Source: Bacilli bacterium
Lineage (GTDB): Bacteria; Bacillota_I; Bacilli_A; RF39; UBA660
DNA: 43,709 nucleotides
Assembly (NCBI GenBank): GCA_045650425.1
Contig: JAZRRD010000092.1
Span: forward strand, 1 to 43,709
Direction of reading: 5' to 3'
The number at the start of each line of letters is the position of its first letter. Position 1 is the stretch's first letter. Position numbers and translations under genes: made by a program. Positions 16,960 through 27,712 of this stretch are shown here, in pieces. Under the pieces are notes generated by a model. That model saw nothing but the letters and a program-made list of their open reading frames with translations, was not told the DNA's origin and did not search any database.

Positions 16960-16987
16960 TTGATTTTTTTAGACAATATGATATAAT
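16960..16987 (+). promoter_or_regulatory. possible promoter for tRNA-Gly
   Basis: TTGATT, 16-nt spacer, TATAAT. Overlaps the inverted repeat AGACAATA/TATTGTCT. Confidence 0.3.
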
Positions 16988-17002
16988 TAATATTGTCTGA
17001 AT

Positions 17003-17076
17003 GCAGGTGTAGTTTAATGGTAGAGCTTCAGCCTTCCAAGCTGATAACGTGGGTTCGATTCCCATCACCTGCTCCA
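17003..17076 (+). tRNA. tRNA-Gly (anticodon UCC)
   Basis: GCAGGTG acceptor, anticodon loop CTTCCAA, T arm TGGGT-TCGATTC-CCATC, encoded CCA. Close to the Bacillus-type tRNA-Gly(UCC) sequence as I recall it. Confidence 0.9.
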
Positions 17077-17085
17077 TTTGAAAAC

Positions 17086-17124
17086 AACTTACGAACTGTA
17101 AAGTTTCGTAAGTTTTTATTTTAT
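17086..17124 (+). terminator. Rho-independent terminator after tRNA-Gly
   Basis: 10-bp stem AACTTACGAA/TTCGTAAGTT followed by a T-rich tract. Confidence 0.7.
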
Positions 17125-17270
17125 ATAAAAAACTATGATTTTAACCTGGCCACAAAATATGGTTTTTCGATACAAAAAAGAATTTCACGCAGTACACTTA
17201 TTACTAAATTTACACATCAGAAAGTTATAAAATCCACTAATATATGACAATTAATCATTTTAAACGCCCT

Positions 17271-18152
17271 TTAATTTAGCAAAGTTCCATCGTTTTGTAA
17301 TTTTTCAATATAATTATTATATAATTCAGGATAGTTTTCTTTAAAATTTTTGTATATATATTGAGGATTATCCTTAAATAAATTTCCAATTAGTAAACTA
17401 CCATTTGGTACTGAATCAACAGGTCTGATATATATGTCTCCATTAGGATATATACCGCATAAATCACCTTGCTTACCATTAGATTTTATTTCTATGCTGA
17501 CTATTTCTTTATATTTTTCACAAACATTACTTAGTAACCTTGAGAATTCATTTTTAGGAATTTTGCCATTTTCTTTAATATAAGTTTTACCTTTTCCACC
17601 GCTAGAAATATTAGACAAACAAATTTTTTTTATTTTATGATTTATGCACCACTTAATATAATCTTCAACTTTGTTAACACATTCAGGTCTTAAAATAAAT
17701 CGAGCACTTATTCTTATATTATGATCATAATAATTATTATTTATTTCATTAACTGCATTCTCAATATCAATGAAAGAATTTTCAATCTGAGTAATTTCTT
17801 CATGATCTTTAAATAAACCATTTAAACTTAATTGAATATCTATATCATATAAATTTTTAGCCAACCTTTTTAATGCAATTCCATCTTGAGTTGAGAACAT
17901 TGGACAAATTTCCTTTTCTTTGCAAATATTTATATAGTCTAAAATGTATGGACATAAAGTAGCTTCGCCACCCGTCAACCACACTCTTTTTACCTTTTCT
18001 TTTCCTAAAATATTTAAAATTTTAATTATATCTTCTTTGGAAAAGTTATCATAATTATTTGTATTATTTTCTAAACAATACTTACATCTCATTCTACATT
18101 TAGGCCAAACAAAGAAAAAAACATTCATAAAAAATTTGTTATTATCATTCAT
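17271..18152 (-). CDS. radical SAM domain protein, unknown substrate
   Basis: CxxxCxxC motif (PKCRMRCKYC) and WLTGGEATLCP. RBS AAGGAG. The C-terminal GDLCGIYPNGDIYIRPV...IGNL resembles a reduced SPASM/twitch tail with a single Cys. Confidence 0.75.
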   Translation of the reverse strand: MNDNNKFFMNVFFFVWPKCRMRCKYCLENNTNNYDNFSKEDIIKILNILGKEKVKRVWLTGGEATLCPYILDYINICKEKEICPMFSTQDGIALKRLAKNLYDIDIQLSLNGLFKDHEEITQIENSFIDIENAVNEINNNYYDHNIRISARFILRPECVNKVEDYIKWCINHKIKKICLSNISSGGKGKTYIKENGKIPKNEFSRLLSNVCEKYKEIVSIEIKSNGKQGDLCGIYPNGDIYIRPVDSVPNGSLLIGNLFKDNPQYIYKNFKENYPELYNNYIEKLQNDGTLLN

Positions 18153-18190
18153 AAAAAAAACTCCTTTTTTAAACCTTAATATTTATTTAA

Positions 18191-18796
18191 TTACTTACCA
18201 TTTAAAATTTTTGTTATCAAACTATCTTTTTCAAAACCTTTATAATTATAAATTTTATCAACTATTATATAACCAGCAACTCCTGCTAAACCTCCAGATA
18301 ACACTCCACCTATAACATCCGAAGGAAAATGAACCATTAAATAGTTTCTTGAAATTCCCATAAAAACTACTAATATAAATAACACCCAACTATATTTTTT
18401 ATTAGTATTTAAAAATATTCCCATCATTGTTGCCATGGTTACTGTAACATGCCCTGAAGGAAATGAATAATCTGATTCTAAAGCATTTCCTACATAATTC
18501 CACCATTCAATATATTCCATATATTCATAAGGCCTTAAACGAGCTATAACATTTTTTAAAATTACATTAGTAAATAAAAAACCTAAAATCATTGCAAAAA
18601 TCATAGTAATACCTATTTTTCTAGTTTTTTTAATCCCTATTAACATAATTGCCAAAAATATAAAAAACCAACCATTTTTACCTAAAAAGCTTATAAATTT
18701 AATAATAGGTAAAAACACATTATTAGTATTTAATGCAAAATTATGCCAAAATTCTAATATTGTAAAATCAAAATTATTTATTATATTAGCTATCAT
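18191..18796 (-). CDS. PAP2 family phosphatase (undecaprenyl-diphosphate / lipid phosphate phosphatase type)
   Basis: All three PAP2 motifs are present: KNVIARLRP, PSGH and SRNYLMVHFPSD. Polytopic protein. Confidence 0.85.
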   Translation of the reverse strand: MIANIINNFDFTILEFWHNFALNTNNVFLPIIKFISFLGKNGWFFIFLAIMLIGIKKTRKIGITMIFAMILGFLFTNVILKNVIARLRPYEYMEYIEWWNYVGNALESDYSFPSGHVTVTMATMMGIFLNTNKKYSWVLFILVVFMGISRNYLMVHFPSDVIGGVLSGGLAGVAGYIIVDKIYNYKGFEKDSLITKILNGK

Positions 18797-18869
18797 TTTA
18801 TATCACCCTAATAAATTATATCATGAATGAAATAAAAAAATAATAATTTCCATTTTTTAATAAAAATTA

Positions 18870-19706
18870 TTATTTCTTCATAAAAACTCGTGATTTGCCC
18901 TTTTCCCATTTAGAAATTTCATATTTTTCATTTAAATCAGCTATTGCTTCACGAATATCCAAATTATCTTTATCCTTATTATACAAAACTCTTATACACT
19001 CACCAAAATATGTATCAGCAAGTCCTGATTGATTTAATAAAGCATCTATATCTCCATATTTATAAAACATATATGCAGGTAAATTAATTTTAGTAGCATA
19101 GTAAATATAACGAATAGCTAAAGTATATAAATCAATATTTTTAGAATAAAATGAACCATTTTGATATTTTGAATCGTTAATTACTGGATCTATTACTATA
19201 AAAGAACTTTGAGCATTAGTTGAAATATCTTTAACTTGCATATCTTGATAATCTGTAAAATACACCATTTTGTTAACCTTATCAAAAAGAACATTTCCAA
19301 CACTAGCCATATCCGGAATTACAATGTCATTCTTATGACATTCTGCTACAATATCACAACACTTTAAAATATAATCCGTAATAACGTTTAGAGTCATACT
19401 TTCTCTATTAGAATTATAATAATTTGAAAAATCTGTTAAATTACCTTCTAAAAAACCTGGCAGTATATTTTCAACATATCCACAAAAACTTTTTTCAGTT
19501 TCTAAGATATCAACAGGCAACGATAAACCATCAATTTGACTAAAAGTATCGATATATTCAAATCTTTTTAATTTGTCTCTTTTCTCGCTATCATTTAGAT
19601 GATTAAATCTTTTTATTAACAATGAATCATTCAAATAATAAATACTTGTTCTTTCGCTCTCTAAATCCGGTTTTTTGGCATTTAATTCTTTCATTGGTAT
19701 TAACAT
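18870..19706 (-). CDS. hypothetical protein with protein-kinase-like fold motifs
   Basis: The ORF track starts at GTG 19715. I prefer the ATG at 19706, 5 nt after AGGTGA. HKNDIVIPDMASVGNVLF is catalytic-loop-like (D....N), FTDYQ is DFG-like, and LLIKRF is VAIK-like. Confidence 0.5.
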   Translation of the reverse strand: MLIPMKELNAKKPDLESERTSIYYLNDSLLIKRFNHLNDSEKRDKLKRFEYIDTFSQIDGLSLPVDILETEKSFCGYVENILPGFLEGNLTDFSNYYNSNRESMTLNVITDYILKCCDIVAECHKNDIVIPDMASVGNVLFDKVNKMVYFTDYQDMQVKDISTNAQSSFIVIDPVINDSKYQNGSFYSKNIDLYTLAIRYIYYATKINLPAYMFYKYGDIDALLNQSGLADTYFGECIRVLYNKDKDNLDIREAIADLNEKYEISKWEKGKSRVFMKK

Positions 19707-19715
19707 TTCAATCAC

Positions 19716-20948
19716 CTAACAATCTATATTTTTCGTTCTACGTTTAACTTGAACATTTTCTAAACTTAAACTATATTTTTTTACTATACCTAGTAATATA
19801 TCGCAAACTTTTTCCATATCTTCCAGAGCAATATACTCTTGTACTGAATGAAAATTATGTCCCCCAGTTCCTAAATTAGGACATGGAATTCCCATAAAAG
19901 ATAACCTAGCACCATCTGTTCCGCCGCGAGCAGGGTTTATTAACGGAACCACATCTAACTCCTCCATCGCAGAGCAAGCATATTCTACTAAATGCATATT
20001 ATCTTTAATTACTTCATACATATTTTTATATCTTTCTTTAACATCTATATTTACTAACTTTCCGTATTTTTTATTTAAATTAAATTCTATATTTTTTAAC
20101 ACACTTATTCTACTTGACAATTTTTCTTTATCAAAATCTCTAACTAAGACCTTGAGTTTAAGTTCTGAAACGTCTCCAGAAAGATTATATAAATAATAAA
20201 AACCTTCATATCCATCAGAATTTTCAGGAAATTCATTTGGTAGCATACTGATAAATTCATTCAGTAAAATTATTGGATTAACCATTTTATTTTTCGCATA
20301 ACCTGGATGAGCATTTATACCTGTGAAAGTAATAAAAACATCTAAAGCATAAAAATTTTCATAAGATATTTCACCAAGAGATGAGCCATCTATAGTATAT
20401 GCATAATCAGCATTAAACTTTGTCATATCAAAATGAGTCATACTTTTACCAATTTCTTCATCTGGAGTAAAAGCAACGTAAACATTTCCATGAGCTGTAT
20501 CACTATTAATCAATTTCTCTAACATTGTCATGATTTCAGCAATACCAGCCTTATCATCTGCTCCTAATAAAGAGTCACCCTTTGAAGTAATTAGAGTTTT
20601 TCCAACATGATTTTTTAAATCTGGATTTTGTTTGTTTGATAAAAGTAAACCATTTTCTAGATATATATCTCGACCATCATAATTCTCTAGGATGCTATAT
20701 TTTACATTCCAATCTGCATCTAAGGATGTATCCATATGTGATATAAAACCAAGACTTGGTGCCTCAATATTTCCCTTTAAAAATCCATAAACATAACAAT
20801 ATTCTTCATCATAATAAGCTTGTACACCTAAAGCAATTAATTCATCTCTTAAAACTTCTGAAATTTTTCTTTGCGTGTTATAATTTTCCCCATTATTTGA
20901 TGGAGAGGGAATTGAAATATATTTTAAAAATCTTTCCAATACTGTCAT
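19716..20948 (-). CDS. pepT: peptidase T (tripeptide aminopeptidase, M20B)
   Basis: Motifs ERFLKYISIPSPS, GFISHMDT, GADDKAGIAEIM, PDEEIG and GGTDGA. Confidence 0.9.
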   Translation of the reverse strand: MTVLERFLKYISIPSPSNNGENYNTQRKISEVLRDELIALGVQAYYDEEYCYVYGFLKGNIEAPSLGFISHMDTSLDADWNVKYSILENYDGRDIYLENGLLLSNKQNPDLKNHVGKTLITSKGDSLLGADDKAGIAEIMTMLEKLINSDTAHGNVYVAFTPDEEIGKSMTHFDMTKFNADYAYTIDGSSLGEISYENFYALDVFITFTGINAHPGYAKNKMVNPIILLNEFISMLPNEFPENSDGYEGFYYLYNLSGDVSELKLKVLVRDFDKEKLSSRISVLKNIEFNLNKKYGKLVNIDVKERYKNMYEVIKDNMHLVEYACSAMEELDVVPLINPARGGTDGARLSFMGIPCPNLGTGGHNFHSVQEYIALEDMEKVCDILLGIVKKYSLSLENVQVKRRTKNIDC

Positions 20949-21009
20949 AATTCACCAAAACCTTTTAAAATATTATACATAAAAAAAAATAATATGCAAT
21001 TAATACATA

Positions 21010-22866
21010 TTATTCTAATTCAAAAGCTCCTGTATATAACTTATAATAAGTGCCTTTTTGTTTAATTAATTCACCATGATCTCCACGTTCAATAATACGA
21101 CCGTTTTCTAATACCATTATAGCCTTAGAATTTTGAACTGTTGATAATCTATGAGCAATTACAAATACAGTTCTACCATCCATTAATCTATCCATACCTT
21201 TTTGAACATGACTTTCAGTTCGACTATCGATACTACTTGTTGCTTCATCTAAAATCATTACTGGAGGATTCACTAAAGCTACCCTAGCAATTGATAATAA
21301 TTGTTTTTGTCCTTGTGATATTTCTGCGCTATTTCCACTAATAATTGTATCATAACCATTTGGTAATAATTCAATAAATGAATCAGCATTAGCAAGCTTC
21401 GCAGCCTTTTTAACTTCTTCTAAAGTTACATCACTTTTACCATAACTAATATTTTCTCTAATAGTTCCCGTAAATAAATTTGTGTCTTGTAAAACCATTC
21501 CTAAAGATTTTCTTAAATCTTCTTTTTTAATTAGTTTTATATCAATTCCATCATAAGTAATAGTTCCTTCATTAATATCATAAAAGCGATTAATTAAATT
21601 AGTAATAGTTGTTTTTCCAGCTCCAGTTGCTCCAACAAAAGCTATTTTTTGACCAGGTTTTGCATATAAATTTATTTCATGTAAAACTTCTTTATCCACA
21701 GTATAACCAAAGTTAACATTATCTAACCTTACATCACCCTTTAAGTCAATCATGGAAACTTTACCATTCTCTTGTGGATATTTCCAAGCCCACTTATTTT
21801 TTCCGACTTGTTCTAAAGTAACAATACCATCATCTTCTTCAGATTTTTCATCTAATAAAGAAAATATTCTTTTAGTTCCAGCTAACCCTTGAAATAAAAC
21901 TCCAATTTGTTGCGTAACTTGACTTATTGGATTAGTAAAGTTCCTAACTAATTGAAGAAATGCTGCAACAGTTCCAATCGTCATTCCTCTAAATCCCTTT
22001 ACAACCATAATACCACCAATAATCGCAATAACGACATAGATTATATGCCCCACATTATTAGAAATAGGCCCAATTATATTAGCGTGGCCTTCTGCCCTGA
22101 AAGAATCATCACATAACTTGTTATTTATTTTATCAAATTCGTTCTTGACATTTTCCTCATAAGTAAATACTTTTATAACTTTTTGACCAGTTACCATCTC
22201 TTCAACAAAACCATTTAATTTTGCTTTTGAACTTTGTTGTTCTTCAAAATACTTAGCACTCTTTTCGGCAGCAGTCTTCGTAGATATAACCATTAAAATA
22301 ACACCAATGATCGATATTATAGTTAAAATTATATTTTGAATTAGCATAGAAGCTAAAATAAATATAATAGACAATATTGATGTAATCAAGGTAGGAATAC
22401 TATTAGATATAACTTGACCTAATGTATCAACATCATTAGTATAAAAACTCATTATATCTCCATGTTTATGAGTATCAAAATATTTGATTGGTAAAGTTTG
22501 CATATGAGTAAACATTGTATCTCTTAATTTTTTTAATATTCCTTGAGAAATTACCACCATAACTCTTTGATAAATATAGTTAAATATTATTCCTATAATA
22601 AATACAAATGCCATAAAAATTAAAAACATTAATAGCGAAGAGTAATTAGGAACGTTTTCTAACAATAAAGGTTCAATATAATCATCAATTAGCATTTCAA
22701 TAAAAAATGACCCTAATACTGTTATCGCAGTACTAATTAAAATACAAATTAATGCTAAAAGCCAATGTTTTTTATAGTTCTCTGTAACTAGCTTATAAAG
22801 TCTAATAATAGTTTCTTTACCAATTTTTTCATCAGGAATTGGTGCTACTTTGTGTTTGGCTCTCAT
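21010..22866 (-). CDS. ABC exporter, fused permease/ATPase subunit (heterodimer partner 2)
   Basis: Six-TM domain, Walker A GATGAGKTT, signature SQGQKQ, Walker B ILDEATS. Confidence 0.9.
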   Translation of the reverse strand: MRAKHKVAPIPDEKIGKETIIRLYKLVTENYKKHWLLALICILISTAITVLGSFFIEMLIDDYIEPLLLENVPNYSSLLMFLIFMAFVFIIGIIFNYIYQRVMVVISQGILKKLRDTMFTHMQTLPIKYFDTHKHGDIMSFYTNDVDTLGQVISNSIPTLITSILSIIFILASMLIQNIILTIISIIGVILMVISTKTAAEKSAKYFEEQQSSKAKLNGFVEEMVTGQKVIKVFTYEENVKNEFDKINNKLCDDSFRAEGHANIIGPISNNVGHIIYVVIAIIGGIMVVKGFRGMTIGTVAAFLQLVRNFTNPISQVTQQIGVLFQGLAGTKRIFSLLDEKSEEDDGIVTLEQVGKNKWAWKYPQENGKVSMIDLKGDVRLDNVNFGYTVDKEVLHEINLYAKPGQKIAFVGATGAGKTTITNLINRFYDINEGTITYDGIDIKLIKKEDLRKSLGMVLQDTNLFTGTIRENISYGKSDVTLEEVKKAAKLANADSFIELLPNGYDTIISGNSAEISQGQKQLLSIARVALVNPPVMILDEATSSIDSRTESHVQKGMDRLMDGRTVFVIAHRLSTVQNSKAIMVLENGRIIERGDHGELIKQKGTYYKLYTGAFELE

Positions 22867-24591
22867 CTACTCACTTCCCTTCTGTTGTGACTTATAAACT
22901 TCTTGATATATCTTATTTTTTGCAAGTAGTTCTTCGTGAGTCCCTACTCCGTTTATCTTTCCTTTATTAAGAACTACAATTCTATCCGCTTTTTCAACAG
23001 ATAATATTCTTTGTGAAATTATAATCGTAGTCATATCTTTTAATTTGTTTGTTAAAGCATCTCTTATACTTGCTTCTGTACTTGTATCAACAGCACTAGT
23101 AGAATCATCTAAAATTATAATTTTAGGTTTCTTTAAAAGTGCTCTTGCAATACATAATCTTTGTTTCTGACCACCAGAAACATTCGTTCCACCTTGTTCA
23201 ATTTTAGTATCGTATTTCTCCGGAAAATTCATTATAAAATCATGCGCATTAGCAATTTTGCATGCTTCAATGATTTCTTCATCCGTAGCATCATTATTTC
23301 CCCAACGAAGATTATCTTTAATACTGCCACTAAATAGTGTATTCTTTTGTAAAACACAACTAACATTATCCCTTAAGACTTTTAAATCATAATCTTTAAC
23401 ATTAATTCCTCCAACATACACGTTTCCACTAGTAGTATCATAAAGCCTTGGAATTAGTTGTACTAAAGAGGTTTTGCCGCTACCTGTACTTCCAATTATT
23501 CCGATAGTTTCTCCTGACTTAACTTCTAAATTAATATTTGTTAATGCTAATTTATTTTCATCATTAAAATAAGAAAAATTAACTTTTTCAAAAACTACAT
23601 CTCCAGATAAAATATCTTTAACTGGATTTTTAATATTTTTAATAGTAGGATTTTCTTTTAATAATTCTACTATTCGTTTTCCTGAAGGAATAGATATTGT
23701 TATAAAAACAAAAATCATTGATAACATCATTAAACTAGATAAAATCTGCGTAGAATAAGTAAATAAACTCATTAATTCTCCAGTTGTCATATATTGACTT
23801 ACAATTAATTTAGCCCCAATCCAAGAAATTAATATTAAAGTAGTTCTCATTGCTAATTGCATTATCGGAGAATTAAAGGCCAAAATTTTCTCAGCTTTAG
23901 TATGATAATCAAAAACTTTCTTAGACACATCTTTAAACTTTTTATCTTCTTTATCTTCTTGAACAAAAGATTTTACAACTCTTATACCCGCCACATTTTC
24001 TTGAACAACATTATTTAATTTATCATAAGACTTAAAAACTTTTTCAAAATATTTTTTTGCTCTTGTTACTAAAATAAATAAAGTAACTCCTAAAATAGGC
24101 ATTACAGCCAAGAAAATTATTGCTAATTTAGAATTAATTCTTATAGCCATTATTAGCGAAAAAATCATCATTAATGGTGCTCTTACAGCTATTCTCGTTA
24201 TCATTTGAAAAGCCATTCTTATATTATTTACATCAGTTGTAATTCTTGTTATTATTCCTCCAGTAGAAAATTTATCTATATTAGAAAATGAATAATTTTG
24301 AACACGAAAATATATATCATGACGTAAATTTTTAGCAAATCCTGTACTTCCTTTGGCTGCAGTTAAACCTGCTAATATTCCAAAAATCAAAGATAAAATT
24401 GCTAATATTATTAAATAACCTCCATAACGATAGATTTCACTCATATTACCTGCTGTAACTCCTAAGTCTATTAAGCTTGCCATCACGTATGGTATGGCAA
24501 CTTCTAAAATTACTTCAATAGCAACTAATAATGGTGTTAATAACGCAAACAATTTATACTCTCTTACGCTTTTTATTAATTCTTTAATCAT
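22867..24591 (-). CDS. ABC exporter, fused permease/ATPase subunit (heterodimer partner 1)
   Basis: Walker A GSTGSGKTS, signature SGGQKQR, Walker B ILDDSTS. Directly abuts the partner gene. Confidence 0.9.
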   Translation of the reverse strand: MIKELIKSVREYKLFALLTPLLVAIEVILEVAIPYVMASLIDLGVTAGNMSEIYRYGGYLIILAILSLIFGILAGLTAAKGSTGFAKNLRHDIYFRVQNYSFSNIDKFSTGGIITRITTDVNNIRMAFQMITRIAVRAPLMMIFSLIMAIRINSKLAIIFLAVMPILGVTLFILVTRAKKYFEKVFKSYDKLNNVVQENVAGIRVVKSFVQEDKEDKKFKDVSKKVFDYHTKAEKILAFNSPIMQLAMRTTLILISWIGAKLIVSQYMTTGELMSLFTYSTQILSSLMMLSMIFVFITISIPSGKRIVELLKENPTIKNIKNPVKDILSGDVVFEKVNFSYFNDENKLALTNINLEVKSGETIGIIGSTGSGKTSLVQLIPRLYDTTSGNVYVGGINVKDYDLKVLRDNVSCVLQKNTLFSGSIKDNLRWGNNDATDEEIIEACKIANAHDFIMNFPEKYDTKIEQGGTNVSGGQKQRLCIARALLKKPKIIILDDSTSAVDTSTEASIRDALTNKLKDMTTIIISQRILSVEKADRIVVLNKGKINGVGTHEELLAKNKIYQEVYKSQQKGSE

Positions 24592-24707
24592 ATGTATATT
24601 CCTCTCATCTTAAATAATTATAATACTAAATATAACTAACATCAATAATATAAAAAATAAGTTTTTTTTAAATTATTAATATTATATAATATAACTATGG
24701 TGATTAG

Positions 24708-25538
24708 ATGAAAAAAAGACTTAAATTAAAAAAAGAAGGCAGAATATTTTTTGGAATTATTTTTATCATATCTTTTATTTTATTTATCTATTCTTTTATT
24801 AATATTTATAAGTGGCATCACGATAATAAACATACCGATAACCAAGTAGAAATAATCATTAACAAAGTTAAAATACAAGAAGTCAAAGACAATAATAATA
24901 CTGAAATTATAAACTCTAAGACTAAAGAACCAGAAAATTCTCCTTATTGGACTTATATTAAAATGCCACTTATTAATGTAAATTTTGATGAATTAAGAAA
25001 AGTTAACAATGAAACAATTGGTTGGATAAATGTTGCCGGTACTAATGTTAATTATCCGTTTGTTCAAACTAAAGATAATGATTATTATTTAAATCATTCA
25101 TTTGACAAAACTAAAAATAAAGCAGGATGGATATTTTTAGATTATCGAAATAGTATCATAAACCTAAACAAAAACACCATTATTTATGGACATTCTCGTG
25201 TTAACAATACTATGTTTGGTTCATTAAAAAACACTTTAAATAACAATTGGTTTAAAAATAAAGATAATCACATAATAAAACTTTCTACTGATGTAGAAAA
25301 TTCGCTATGGCAAATATTTTCTATTTATACAATTCCAACAACAAATGATTATATTAAAACTGATTTTAATAATGAAAATGATTTTTTAAATTTTATTAAC
25401 ACAATAACTAAGCGAAGCATATACAAATTTAACAGTACAATAACCGAATACGATAACATAATAACACTATCAACCTGCCATAAAACTAATGAACGATTAG
25501 TTATACATGCTAAATTAATTAAAAAAGAAGCTAAATAA
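24708..25538 (+). CDS. srtB: class B sortase
   Basis: N-terminal TM segment. Motifs GWINVAGTNVNYPFVQTKDNDYYLNHSFDK, IIYGHS and TLSTCH (catalytic Cys). Confidence 0.85.
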   Translation: MKKRLKLKKEGRIFFGIIFIISFILFIYSFINIYKWHHDNKHTDNQVEIIINKVKIQEVKDNNNTEIINSKTKEPENSPYWTYIKMPLINVNFDELRKVNNETIGWINVAGTNVNYPFVQTKDNDYYLNHSFDKTKNKAGWIFLDYRNSIINLNKNTIIYGHSRVNNTMFGSLKNTLNNNWFKNKDNHIIKLSTDVENSLWQIFSIYTIPTTNDYIKTDFNNENDFLNFINTITKRSIYKFNSTITEYDNIITLSTCHKTNERLVIHAKLIKKEAK

Positions 25539-25543
25539 GCTTC

Positions 25544-27154
25544 TTATTTTAATGTTATAATATAATTCTTATTTCTAATAGTAAATACAACAGAAACACT
25601 TTCAGCTTCATTTACTCTACTACCTATTTGTAAAACCAATTTATCTTTTAAAGTTGAAGGAGTTTGATTAATAACCTTAGAATAATAAGTTTTGCCATCA
25701 ATTACATACTTAATTTTCATAAAATTATTAATAAAATCTTTTAAAGCAGGATTTGAAATAAAATAAGTAGCTTCAGAATCTTTTTTGAAATCATAATCAA
25801 GCACAATTAATAATCTATTATCACCTAAAACAGAGTAATCTACCGACACTATATCATCTAAAGTAGTACAAACATTTTTATTATTACATTTATCATATGT
25901 ATATTGATAACTTTTTGTAAATTGAAATGAAGTAATTTTAAAAATAGTATCACCAACATTAGAATACATAAATTCTAAATTTTCGTTCAAAGAAACCTCA
26001 TTCGCATTAGTTACTTTTTCAAGCAGCACTGGTTTAATTTTTATTTCATTATATTTAGCTACGATTTCTCCCGGTTTAGTTGCCACTCCCCTAAAAATCT
26101 TCAATTTATACGAGTCCTTAATTTCATCTTTATTTATCTCATATGCTAAATTAATTGTTCTACTTGTACCTTTAGAAATTTTATCTCCATAATAAGGACT
26201 AGCAAAATCTTTAAAATATAATGATTTATCTAATAACGGTTTTACTTGTTTATTATTTATTTCCAATTTAAAATTTGAATAATCTAATATTTCACTCTTA
26301 TTTGAATTATTTGTTATATTCATTTTTAACACTACATAATATTTATCTTTACTTAGACTCTCGCCATTAAACGACAAATTAGTTACGATACTATCCAACA
26401 CATTAATAGTAAAAGTATTATGTAAAACATTTTCGCTAGATTTATAACTTTTATTATAAACTTCTCTATTCAAAAACATACTTGTTCCTAATATTATAGT
26501 AACTATTATTAAAATAACAGTTAAAATAAATGAGTTTTCCTTAAGATAATATTTTAATTCTCTAATATATCGTCTTATATTTCTCTTGGTTTTATAAATA
26601 TCAAAACCTACGACAAATTCAAATTCTTCATTATCTTCTGCATTTATTTCTAATTCTTTTAAATCTTCTCCAAAATTAAATTTCTTAATATTAAATCCTG
26701 TTACAGTTACTAGCGTATAAATTAAGAAAAAAACTTGAGGTATAATAGCTATTACTGAAATATCCCTATACGCTCTTAAACCTGAAGAAGTTATTTCGTT
26801 ATTACTTAAATCATTTATAAAATCATAAAAAATTGTAAATAAAATAAATAATATAATGTAATAAATAATTGAGTACATATAGAATTTTCTAGGTTTATCT
26901 TTATGACTAAGCAAATAATAAATAGCTATTAAAAACGCTAAAATTAGAACAATTGCTATATACATAAAATAATTTATAAATAATCCCGCTACTTGCCCTG
27001 AAATTACAGCATTATAATTATTAGCAACAGATAAAGACAAAAAATCAACTAAATTATAAGACTTATAAAGTAAATAACCAATTAATACCGCAATAAATAA
27101 ATGAATTAATTTAAAATATTTAATTAAAAAAGCATATGGTTTTCTAAGTATCAT
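25544..27154 (-). CDS. membrane protein, N-terminal polytopic region plus extracytoplasmic beta-rich C-terminal region
   Basis: 536-aa ORF with several N-terminal TM segments. No motif recognised. Confidence 0.7.
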   Translation of the reverse strand: MILRKPYAFLIKYFKLIHLFIAVLIGYLLYKSYNLVDFLSLSVANNYNAVISGQVAGLFINYFMYIAIVLILAFLIAIYYLLSHKDKPRKFYMYSIIYYIILFILFTIFYDFINDLSNNEITSSGLRAYRDISVIAIIPQVFFLIYTLVTVTGFNIKKFNFGEDLKELEINAEDNEEFEFVVGFDIYKTKRNIRRYIRELKYYLKENSFILTVILIIVTIILGTSMFLNREVYNKSYKSSENVLHNTFTINVLDSIVTNLSFNGESLSKDKYYVVLKMNITNNSNKSEILDYSNFKLEINNKQVKPLLDKSLYFKDFASPYYGDKISKGTSRTINLAYEINKDEIKDSYKLKIFRGVATKPGEIVAKYNEIKIKPVLLEKVTNANEVSLNENLEFMYSNVGDTIFKITSFQFTKSYQYTYDKCNNKNVCTTLDDIVSVDYSVLGDNRLLIVLDYDFKKDSEATYFISNPALKDFINNFMKIKYVIDGKTYYSKVINQTPSTLKDKLVLQIGSRVNEAESVSVVFTIRNKNYIITLK

Positions 27155-27218
27155 ATTAGTCTACCTCCTTATAACATTATACCAAAAAAAATATGATTAT
27201 ATCAATCATATCATTTTA

Positions 27219-27668
27219 TTATTTTTTACTTACTATAAGTTGATCTGGTAATAAATAAATTGTTTCATTTTCTTCAATAACTTTATTTACTGGTTTCTTA
27301 AATACATCAGATACCATTTTTAATGTATCGCCTTCTGCAGTTAAATAATAACTATAATTGTTTTTGGGAATTAAAATTTCTTGTCCAGGATAAATATAAT
27401 CTTCATTTTTTAATCCATTCATAGCCGACAATAACTCAGGGTTAATATTATATCTTCTTGCTATACCATAAATTGTATCACCTTGTTCAATTGTATAATA
27501 ATTAAAATATGCTTGACTATTTTCTGGTAATAAAATTTGACTCCCTACCCTTAATTCACCATTATAATAAATTTGATTTAGTTTTTGTAACTTATCTAAA
27601 CTTAAATTTAATTTGTTAGCAATAACCTCTAATGTATCTCCCTCTTTTGTAATATATTTATTAAACAT
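27219..27668 (-). CDS. LysM repeat protein (three LysM domains)
   Basis: Three copies of Y.(T)..GDT...(I/V)A......(L)...N. Confidence 0.85.
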   Translation of the reverse strand: MFNKYITKEGDTLEVIANKLNLSLDKLQKLNQIYYNGELRVGSQILLPENSQAYFNYYTIEQGDTIYGIARRYNINPELLSAMNGLKNEDYIYPGQEILIPKNNYSYYLTAEGDTLKMVSDVFKKPVNKVIEENETIYLLPDQLIVSKK

Positions 27669-27712
27669 AAAACCACTCCTATTGTAAATTATGTTTAATA
27701 TAGTTTTTTGTG

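Noticed and set aside
16993-17247. 84-aa plus-strand ORF
   Set aside because: It reads straight through tRNA-Gly (17003-17076) and its terminator, so it is not a credible CDS.
17271-18152. Radical SAM gene considered as a prokaryotic viperin (antiviral) or a RiPP maturase
   Set aside because: The cluster context and C-terminal region do not resemble viperin as I recall it. No precursor peptide, transporter or protease gene is adjacent. It is kept only as an unassigned radical SAM enzyme.
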